In this document: one piece after another, positions 38,289 to 45,484 of the stretch
Layout of the letters: each line of letters begins with the position of its first letter
How positions within the stretch are numbered: the first letter of the stretch is position 1
Source of the DNA: an uncultured beta proteobacterium
GTDB taxonomy: Bacteria; Pseudomonadota; Gammaproteobacteria; Burkholderiales; Nitrosomonadaceae
Reading direction: 5' to 3'
NCBI GenBank assembly: GCA_963704605.1
Contig: OY969920.1
Location: 1,458,191-1,522,190 of the forward strand
DNA length: 64,000 nucleotides
Made by a program: the position numbers and the translations under genes
The notes under the pieces: model-generated
Database searches by the model: none
Seen by the model: the letters and a program-made list of their open reading frames with translations, nothing else
What the model was told of the DNA's origin: nothing

Positions 38289-39284
38289 ATGAAGGGCCAA
38301 CGTGGAAATCCTGGCCTCAAGGGGCGGTTGGTTGACAAGAGCGTCGAGGCTTACGTCCTCGCCTTGGAAACTATTAATAGGCTTTCTATTCAGTATCGTG
38401 TGGAGACCTTCTGCTATCTGCTTTGTAATGCCTGGGAGTTGTTGCTGAAGGCCAAGATTCTGGAGAACGAAGGAAAGCAAGACTCCATCTACTACAAAAA
38501 GCAGCGTGGAAAACCGAAGAGGTCTTTGTCGCTGCGTGACTGCTTGAGTCGTGTCATGCCGAATCAGGAGACCCCAGAACGGCGAAATATTGAGCTTGTC
38601 GCCGACCTTCGGGATGAAGCAGTTCACCTTGTATTCAGCCAGATTCCGCGCGACGTGTTATGCCTCTTTCAGGCGGGCGTCATCAACTACCATAACCGCC
38701 TGAACGAATGGTTCGGCGTGTCGCTCTCTGATCGAGTTTCTGTTGGGATGATGAGCATCGTCTATGACATGCGCCCGGAGCAATGCGACTTGTCCGATAA
38801 ACGGCTGCGACGTGAACTTGGCCGGGATTCAGCTACATTTCTTACTCGCTACTGCTCACAGATCAAACAGGAATCCGATCATCTTCAACATTCAAAAGAA
38901 TTCTCCATCGGGATAGAGTATCGGCTTGTTCTGACAAAAAACAAAAATGAGGCGGATATTGTTCTCTCATCCGGGCAGACAGGTGGCGAGTCTACGCAGA
39001 TAATCGAAGTCCCCAAGGATCCAAGCAAGTCACATCCATTCCGCCAGAAAGAACTGATCGAGCGGGTAAATGCTGATGCAGGCATCCAGATAAATACGCA
39101 CGACATACAATGTGTCAATAAGGCGCATGGTATCAAACAGAAAGCTGATTTCTTCTACCAAGGAAAAGTTAAGGGCTCCCCTGTTCAGTACAGTCAGACA
39201 TTTGCAAACTGGCTTGTTAAACAATATCAACGAGACCAGCAGTTCTTTCAGAAAATCAGAACAAAGGCGAGAGGGAAGGGCTGA
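38289..39284 (+). CDS. DUF3644-like protein carrying an R-x4-H motif
   Basis: 331 aa. NAWELLLKAKIL is as I recall for DUF3644. DLRDEAVH (R at 38610-12, H at 38625-27) fits a HEPN-type Rx4H motif. It starts 4 nt after the hsdM-S stop. Confidence 0.55.
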   Translation: MKGQRGNPGLKGRLVDKSVEAYVLALETINRLSIQYRVETFCYLLCNAWELLLKAKILENEGKQDSIYYKKQRGKPKRSLSLRDCLSRVMPNQETPERRNIELVADLRDEAVHLVFSQIPRDVLCLFQAGVINYHNRLNEWFGVSLSDRVSVGMMSIVYDMRPEQCDLSDKRLRRELGRDSATFLTRYCSQIKQESDHLQHSKEFSIGIEYRLVLTKNKNEADIVLSSGQTGGESTQIIEVPKDPSKSHPFRQKELIERVNADAGIQINTHDIQCVNKAHGIKQKADFFYQGKVKGSPVQYSQTFANWLVKQYQRDQQFFQKIRTKARGKG

Positions 39285-39287
39285 TCC

Positions 39288-40038
39288 ATGGGAGCCGCCG
39301 CCGAACTCGCCGACTACCTGCCGCTCTCGTTCAAGACCCCGAAGGAGCAGGAGTACATCGAGTTCCTGTGGGACGCCTTCGAGGCGAACCACACGCATGG
39401 CAAATACCAGTTCGCTTTCCTTGCCTATCACATGCTGACGATGAGCTTCGTCTCTCAACATCTGGCAGATCAAGCAGACAACGCCAAAAGATTTCGCGAT
39501 GGGTCTGATCGGCTTCGGCAAGGACATCAAGAAGAGTCTGCTCGACGCGACTTCGCCTTTCGTGTTCAGCACCGTGAACGAACGCAGCATCCTGCGCTTC
39601 CTCAAGCTCATCGCCTGCGACAACAGCAAGATCGGCACCTACGCCAAGCGGGTGGACGACCGCAACGATTCGGCCCACCCCAACGGCAACATCTTCTACA
39701 GCACCGAGGCGGCGCTCGACATCAAGATCACCGAAATCCTGCGCGTGGTGGCGGAGATTCAAACCCACTCGCAGCCGGTTATCGTGCACTGCTACAGTGA
39801 TTTCCTGCTCCAGAACCACGACCCCGAGGAACGTGAGTATGCCGATGCCGCCGACCAGATTCGCGAAGCACTACACGATGTGTTCCATGATTTAACACTC
39901 TCAGATGTAAAGACTAGTGTTGCAAATCATAAATTACGATACATTCTGTTTGTGGGCTGTACGCATTTATGTAGGTTAGGTTACGCGATAAAGCTGCTAA
40001 CCCAACCTACATGTCCGCAACACATGTTTGGTAATTAA
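39288..40038 (+). pseudogene. Frameshifted and 3'-truncated gene for an R-x4-H (HEPN-like) protein
   Basis: Frame 3 (MGAAAELADYLPLSFKTPKEQEYIEFLWDAFEANHTHGKYQFAFLAYHMLTMSFVS) continues sensibly only in frame 1 after ~39445-39465 (..LNIWQIKQTTPKDFAMGLIGFGKDIKK...AKRVDDRNDSAHPNG...). The RNDSAH motif is at 39661-39678. After ~39880 the ORF runs into AT-rich unrelated sequence. Confidence 0.6.
39969..40012. repeat. REP-like hairpin
   Basis: ATGTAGGTTAGGTTA-cgcgataaagctgc-TAACCCAACCTACAT has 14/15 complementary arms. Confidence 0.6.
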
Positions 40039-40058
40039 TAGGTCGCGATACTAGTGAC
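40031..40058. repeat. Right copy of the 28-nt imperfect direct repeat
   Basis: See 31686-31713: 24/28 identical. Weaker similarity extends ~12 nt upstream of both copies. Confidence 0.8.
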
Positions 40059-40118
40059 AACCACGGGCATGATCACGGACATAACCCGGGTCATGATCAT
40101 TAGAATGAATACCATTTA

Positions 40119-40655
40119 ATGAAAATCAGTCCTTTGAAAACAAACAGCAGCCTGGCAGTGCTCTCATCGCGGGTTTTGCTTTTTACCCTGATCTGGCTGA
40201 TTCTGAGCGACGGCAACCCTTCGTCCTGGGGAATCGGCGCGCCTGCTATACTGCTTGCAGTCATTGCCAGCATCGCGCTGATTCCACCTGTGCATTTGGT
40301 GTGGTCTGAGGTGCCGGTATTTGTTGGTTTCTTTTTGGTACGTTCGCTTGCCGGTGGCGCGGATGTCGCCTGGCGCGCGCTGCACCCGCGCATGCCGATC
40401 GCGCCGGATCTGGTCGTGTATCCGCTGCGCCTACCACCAGGGCTGCCGGAGGTGTTTATGGTCAACGTGATTAGCCTGATGCCGGGTACGTTAAGCGTTG
40501 AATTGACCAACGAATTGAATCAGGACTTTCTGACTGTGCATGTATTGGATAGAAATCAATCTGCCATAGCCGGGCTGGAAGCGGTCGAGCTGCGTGTGGC
40601 GCGATTGTTTGGCGTTCACCTAGCCGCCCAGACTCATCGTGCCCATCATTCTTGA
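40119..40655 (+). CDS. mrpE: Mrp/Mnh antiporter subunit E
   Basis: 178-aa membrane protein (..LLFTLIWLILSDG..) at the head of a cluster followed by F and G subunits. Its stop overlaps the next start. Confidence 0.6.
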   Translation: MKISPLKTNSSLAVLSSRVLLFTLIWLILSDGNPSSWGIGAPAILLAVIASIALIPPVHLVWSEVPVFVGFFLVRSLAGGADVAWRALHPRMPIAPDLVVYPLRLPPGLPEVFMVNVISLMPGTLSVELTNELNQDFLTVHVLDRNQSAIAGLEAVELRVARLFGVHLAAQTHRAHHS

Positions 40656-40939
40656 TAATGCAAACCCTTTACCTGGTACTGACGCTGTTTCTGCTGCTGA
40701 ATCTTTGCGCGGGAATATGGCGCGTATTGCGTGGGCCGACCACGACTGACCGCATGCTGGCCGCGCAATTATTTGGCACGACTGTTGTAGCTATCCTGCT
40801 GTTGCTCGCGCAGGCGACCAGCAATCCGGCGTTGGGGGATGTGGCGCTGGTTTTTGCGCTGCTGGCGGCGGTTACGGCAGTTGCATTTGTGCAGCGCGTC
40901 AGGCCGGAAGACAAGGAGCCCGAACGTGACCGCGATTGA
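40652..40939 (+). CDS. mrpF: Mrp/Mnh antiporter subunit F
   Basis: 95 aa with 3 TM segments; the LRGPTTTDRMLAAQL motif is typical of MrpF/PhaF. Confidence 0.75.
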   Translation: MIMQTLYLVLTLFLLLNLCAGIWRVLRGPTTTDRMLAAQLFGTTVVAILLLLAQATSNPALGDVALVFALLAAVTAVAFVQRVRPEDKEPERDRD

Positions 40940-41225
40940 TTATGTGAGCGCATGTCTGTTTATTCTGGGCGGTAGCTTCTTTTTTGCCGGAACCGTAGGA
41001 TTACTGCGTTTTCCGGATGTTTACACGCGGCTTCATGCTTTGACCAAAGCGGATAACATCGGACTGGGGCTGATTGTAGTGGGACTGGTATTGCAGGCTG
41101 AGTCCTGGTTCGTTGCTGGAAAGTTGTTGCTGATCTGGCTGCTGGTGCTATTTGCCAGCGCCTGCGTGGCACATCTGATCGCAAGACGAGCACTACGTAA
41201 AGGAATCCGCATTTGGACAAAATAA
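40926..41225 (+). CDS. mrpG: Mrp/Mnh antiporter subunit G
   Basis: GTG start overlapping the mrpF end. GLLRFPDVYTRLHALTKADNIGLGL is the MnhG signature. Confidence 0.75.
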   Translation: MTAIDYVSACLFILGGSFFFAGTVGLLRFPDVYTRLHALTKADNIGLGLIVVGLVLQAESWFVAGKLLLIWLLVLFASACVAHLIARRALRKGIRIWTK

Positions 41226-42199
41226 CGCTGCTGCATTGGATGTTTGATACCGTGCTGGGCGCAAGTCTACTGTGGCTGGCTTGGCGCGCCTTGAACAGTC
41301 CCGATCTGTTTAAAGCCACTGTATTGTTTATTTCTTTTGGGCTGTTGATGGCGCTGGTCTGGGTGCGCTTGAATGCGCCGGATGTCGCGCTGGCGGAAGC
41401 CGCTATCGGCGCGGGATTAACCGGTGCGTTGCTGCTTGCCGCGCTGGCGAGACTAAGGATCATGGCAGATCAAAACGCCGCCAGCACTTCGACACCTCCG
41501 GTCTTGCCAACGCAACCCGCTGGATCGCGTTTTTCTCGCGGCATGCTGATCGTGCTGCTTTTCGCAGCGATGGCAGGAATAGGTTATTCAGTCTGGATGT
41601 TGCCTTCCTACGCCCTAGGGTTAAGTACGGAAGTTGCCGCCAATCTCGATCGCAGTGGCGTGGGTAATCCAGTGACGGCGGTGCTGCTGAATTTTCGTGG
41701 TTACGATACCCTGTTGGAGATGATTGTTTTATTACTGGCAGCACTGGGCGTCTGGTCGCTCGGTGGATTGCCGCCGCAGCCTGAAAAAACCGTATCAGCC
41801 GTGTTGGAAACGTTGGCACGTTTTTTGACCCCCCTCTTCATTCTGATGGCAGCTTATCTGCTGTGGGTAGGTGCAGATGCGCCCGGCGGCGCGTTTCAGG
41901 CTGGATCAGTGCTGGGTGCCGCCACTGTCCTGCTGCTGTTGAGCGGCTGGTATCCTCGCGTCCGCCTCAGACAGTGGCCGCTGCGGCTTGCACTGATCGT
42001 CGGCGCGGGTGCTTTCATTCTTCTCGGCCTGGTCACCCTGCTGCTTGAAAAACAGTTGCTGGTCTATCCCGTAGCACAGGCTGGCAAGGTGATTGTGTTG
42101 ATTGAAACCCTGGCCACAGTATCCATCGGCGTAACGCTAGCCGTCCTGTTTTTTGGCGTATCTTCCGATCATAAAGAAAGAAGGAGAAAGAATGACTAA
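41213..42199 (+). CDS. mrpB: DUF4040 (MrpA C-terminal-like) + MnhB fusion subunit
   Basis: 328 aa. The N-terminus has DVALAEAAIGAGLTG (DUF4040-like). The C-terminal half has NPVTAVLLNFRGYDTLLE, the MnhB signature. Confidence 0.7.
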   Translation: MDKITLLHWMFDTVLGASLLWLAWRALNSPDLFKATVLFISFGLLMALVWVRLNAPDVALAEAAIGAGLTGALLLAALARLRIMADQNAASTSTPPVLPTQPAGSRFSRGMLIVLLFAAMAGIGYSVWMLPSYALGLSTEVAANLDRSGVGNPVTAVLLNFRGYDTLLEMIVLLLAALGVWSLGGLPPQPEKTVSAVLETLARFLTPLFILMAAYLLWVGADAPGGAFQAGSVLGAATVLLLLSGWYPRVRLRQWPLRLALIVGAGAFILLGLVTLLLEKQLLVYPVAQAGKVIVLIETLATVSIGVTLAVLFFGVSSDHKERRRKND

Positions 42200-42509
42200 T
42201 GCCTTCTTCTACGCACTGGTGGGCAGTGGTCTTTTCGGACTGGGGCTGCATGCGCTGATCGTGCATGCGCATTTGCTGCGCAAAATTCTGGCACTCAACA
42301 TCATGGGTAGTGGCGTTTTCCTGATTCTCGCAGCACTGGCCAGACGCTCTGAAACAATATCCGAAATGGTGTCTGACCCGGTACCGCATGCCATGGTAAT
42401 CACTGGAATCGTGGTTGCCGTCTCGGCGACCGCTCTGGCGCTGGCCTTGATGCTGAAGTTGGTCGCGAAATCCGGCCAGCCCGTTTTACCTGACAAACAA
42501 AACGGCTAG
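42192..42509 (+). CDS. mrpC: Mrp/Mnh antiporter subunit C (NuoK-like)
   Basis: GAAGGAG RBS. 105 aa with 3 TM segments and LALNIMGSGVFLIL, NuoK/MnhC-like. Confidence 0.75.
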   Translation: MTNAFFYALVGSGLFGLGLHALIVHAHLLRKILALNIMGSGVFLILAALARRSETISEMVSDPVPHAMVITGIVVAVSATALALALMLKLVAKSGQPVLPDKQNG

Positions 42510-42512
42510 CCC

Positions 42513-43979
42513 ATGGGCTTCATGGTGATCGACTGGGGGATTATCGCCATCCTGCTGCCGCTGTCGGGTGGCATGGTCTGTGTTCTCTGGCCAGCAATAT
42601 CAAAATCAACAGGATTAATTACCGTAACGGGTGTTGCGCTGGCGGTGGCTGGACTCGGTTGGCGGATCATGGAACATGGCACCTATCGCCATGCCGTTGG
42701 TGGGTGGGGCGCACCGCTTGGCATCGATTTGGTTGCCGATGGTCTGAGCTTGGTCATGTTGATGATGACCGCGCTGGTGGGATTGGGGGTCAGTTTTTAT
42801 GCAAAAAACTACTTCCGTCCGCGCGATAGCGTTCGCTTCTGGCCGCTGTGGCTGTTTCTGCTGGCTGCATTGAATGCTTTGTTTTTGTCTGCGGATATCT
42901 TTAATCTCTATGTCACCCTGGAAATCACTGGGCTTGCTGCGGTTGCATTAACCGCGCTGACCGGGAGAATCGATGCCTTGAGCGGGGCCATGCGCTATCT
43001 GCTGGCGATGCTGCTGGGTTCTTTAGCTTATTTGCTTGGTGTTGCGCTGCTCTACCACGATGCGGGCAGCGTGGATATCGCCACACTGGCGCAACGGATC
43101 GAACCCAATACAACTGTCTGGGCAGCGCTGGGGTTGATGATCGCCGGCTTGACGCTGAAAACCGCGCTTTTTCCGTTGAGCTTCTGGCTGCCGCCCGCCC
43201 ATGCGAACGCGCCTGCTCCCGTCAGTGCACTGCTGTCCGCGCTGGTGGTAAAAGCTTCGTTTTATATTCTGCTGCGGTTGTGGCTGGAGATATTCGGCGC
43301 GTTTGCCCAAAGCGCTTCCCTGTTGCTTGGTCTGCTTGGTGCAACGGCCATTCTCTGGGGTTCCCTGCAGGCTTTGCGCCAGACCCGGATCAAGTTGCTG
43401 GTTGCTTATTCCACGGTCGCGCAGATTGGCTACCTGTTCCTGATTTACCCGTTGGCATCAGCAAGCAATGCCATGACGGCGGGCATAGCGGCTTATATGG
43501 CTTTGTCGCATGCGCTGGCGAAATCCGCACTGTTTCTGGCTGCTGGCAATCTGATGCAGTTTGGCGGCCATGATCGCATTACCGATCTGGATCGCGCTGC
43601 GCAGCGGCTGCCGCTGACCGTTGCTGCATTTGCGCTGGCAGGCGTCAGCATCATGGGACTGCCGCCCAGCAGCGGATTCATCGGCAAGTGGCTGCTGCTC
43701 GACGCAGCGATATCGCAGGGGCGATGGGATCTCGCCGTAGTGATGATTATCGGTGGATTGCTGGCTGCCGCTTACATTTTTAAAGTACTGGGGTACGCCT
43801 TTACGCAGGCTGAAGCGCCACATGAGGCACGAGCCGTGCCTGCGGGCATGGAATGGGCAGCTCTGCTGCTGGCTATTGGCGCCATCCTGCTTGGGTTCGT
43901 GGCGCCAGGGATTTTTGCGCTGATCCCTCCGGATCTGGCGGTTAGAGCCAACGGGGCAGGAGCGGTGTGGATAGCATGA
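42513..43979 (+). CDS. mrpD: MrpD/NuoN-like proton-conducting membrane subunit (1 of 3)
   Basis: 488 aa, ~14 TM segments. Motifs: LFLSADIFNLYVTLEITGL, WLPPAHANAPAPVSALLSALVVKAS, LVAYSTVAQIGY. Confidence 0.8.
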   Translation: MGFMVIDWGIIAILLPLSGGMVCVLWPAISKSTGLITVTGVALAVAGLGWRIMEHGTYRHAVGGWGAPLGIDLVADGLSLVMLMMTALVGLGVSFYAKNYFRPRDSVRFWPLWLFLLAALNALFLSADIFNLYVTLEITGLAAVALTALTGRIDALSGAMRYLLAMLLGSLAYLLGVALLYHDAGSVDIATLAQRIEPNTTVWAALGLMIAGLTLKTALFPLSFWLPPAHANAPAPVSALLSALVVKASFYILLRLWLEIFGAFAQSASLLLGLLGATAILWGSLQALRQTRIKLLVAYSTVAQIGYLFLIYPLASASNAMTAGIAAYMALSHALAKSALFLAAGNLMQFGGHDRITDLDRAAQRLPLTVAAFALAGVSIMGLPPSSGFIGKWLLLDAAISQGRWDLAVVMIIGGLLAAAYIFKVLGYAFTQAEAPHEARAVPAGMEWAALLLAIGAILLGFVAPGIFALIPPDLAVRANGAGAVWIA

Positions 43980-45484
43980 ACGCTATAAACGTGAATGCCT
44001 GGCTACCGCTGATGGTCGTGGGGAGCGCGCTGCTGCCAGGTTTGATTATTTTCACTCTGCCCGAAGAAAAAATACGCTTGCGCACCGTGCTCAATCTGGC
44101 TGGTGTGTTTGCCAAAATCATCTTCACAGGATGGATGTTATGGGGCGTTTATCACGGCCATCAGTATGAAATGCGCGTGGCGTTTCTGCCGGGGCTCGAT
44201 CTGGTGTTGCGCGCGGATTCGCTGTCGCTGCTGTTTATCGCGCTATCCAGTGTGCTTTGGCTGCTGACCACTATTTATGCAATTGGCTATCTGGAAGGCT
44301 CGCCGCATCGCAGCCGCTTCTTCGGTTTTTTTAGTTTATGCGTGACCAGTACCAGTGGGGTAGCCATGTCCGGCAACCTGATCACCTTTCTGGTGTTCTA
44401 CGAATTACTAACGCTGGTGACTTATCCGCTGGTTGTGCATCGCGGCACGGAGGCCGCGCGTCGGGCAGGACAAATCTATCTTGCTTATACCGTTTTTGGT
44501 GGGGCGCTGCTGTTGCTCGGTGTGGTGTGGCTTTATGCCATCACCGGAACACTTGAATTCAGCCCGCAAGGTATTCTGCATGACCTGGATGAAACCTATT
44601 ATCCGGCGTTGATCGCGATATTTGCGTTATTGATCGCCGGTCTTGGCGTCAAGGCGGCGCTCGTTCCGCTGCATGGCTGGCTGCCCGAGGCAATGGTCGC
44701 GCCAGCGCCGGTCAGCGCTTTGCTGCACGCGGTGGCAGTCGTCAAGGCGGGCGCCTTTGGTATTGTGCGCGTGGTCTACAATATTTACGGCATCGATTTC
44801 GCCGCTGAACTGGGCGTGACCACCCCGCTGGCGGCATTGGCTGCGGTAACCATTCTTTATGGTTCCCTGCGCGCGCTGACGCAGGATAATCTGAAACGCC
44901 GGTTAGCATATTCCACGGTCAGCCAGGTGTCCTATATCATTCTGGGGGTGGCGATTGTTGGTCCGCTGGCCACCATCGGCGGTGTCGTACACCTGGTGCA
45001 CCAGGGGTTGATGAAAATCACCCTGTTCTTCTGCGCGGGCAATCTTGCGGAAACGCTGGGCATTCACAGCGTGCGCGAGATGAATGGCGTTGGGCGGCGT
45101 ATGCCTTGGACGATGGCGGCATTTACGCTCGGCGCTTTTGGCATGATTGGCGTACCGCCAATCGCTGGTTTCATCAGTAAGTGGTATCTGGGGCTTGGCG
45201 CGCTGCAAGCCGGGGAATACTGGGTAATCCCCGTGCTGATCGGCAGCAGTCTGCTCAATGCGGCGTATTTTCTGCCCATACTGCACCGCGCCTGGTTTTG
45301 CGATCCTCCGGACAGCTGGCCCACCATGCGTGATTTCGGAGATAAGGAAACCGCCTGGACGTTATTGCTGCCACCGGTCATTACCGCACTGCTCGCACTA
45401 TTTGCTGGATTGTTGGCATCCGCATGGTTCAGCCCGCTGGAATGGGTGCAGCTTATTGCGCAACGGGCGTTTTATCATCCATGA
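43976..45484 (+). CDS. MrpD/NuoM-like proton-conducting membrane subunit (2 of 3)
   Basis: Motifs: WLPEAMVAPAPVSALLHAVAVVKAG, LAYSTVSQVSY. ATGA overlap with the upstream stop. Confidence 0.8.
   Translation: MNAINVNAWLPLMVVGSALLPGLIIFTLPEEKIRLRTVLNLAGVFAKIIFTGWMLWGVYHGHQYEMRVAFLPGLDLVLRADSLSLLFIALSSVLWLLTTIYAIGYLEGSPHRSRFFGFFSLCVTSTSGVAMSGNLITFLVFYELLTLVTYPLVVHRGTEAARRAGQIYLAYTVFGGALLLLGVVWLYAITGTLEFSPQGILHDLDETYYPALIAIFALLIAGLGVKAALVPLHGWLPEAMVAPAPVSALLHAVAVVKAGAFGIVRVVYNIYGIDFAAELGVTTPLAALAAVTILYGSLRALTQDNLKRRLAYSTVSQVSYIILGVAIVGPLATIGGVVHLVHQGLMKITLFFCAGNLAETLGIHSVREMNGVGRRMPWTMAAFTLGAFGMIGVPPIAGFISKWYLGLGALQAGEYWVIPVLIGSSLLNAAYFLPILHRAWFCDPPDSWPTMRDFGDKETAWTLLLPPVITALLALFAGLLASAWFSPLEWVQLIAQRAFYHP

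Noticed and set aside
39470-39800. Arg-rich continuation of the 39288..39800 ORF (..RRDFAFRVQHRERTQHPALPQAHRLRQQQDRH..)
   Set aside because: This is an out-of-frame read after the frameshift. The frame-1 translation of the same DNA is protein-like and contains the RNDSAH motif.
40059-40080. AACCACGGGCATGATCACGGAC right after the right direct repeat, resembling the start of the hairpin arm (AACCACGGAA..ACACGGAA)
   Set aside because: Only the 8-mer AACCACGG and a loose CACGGA match, with no complementary arm nearby. An 8-mer is expected by chance about twice in this window, so I do not count it as a third element copy.
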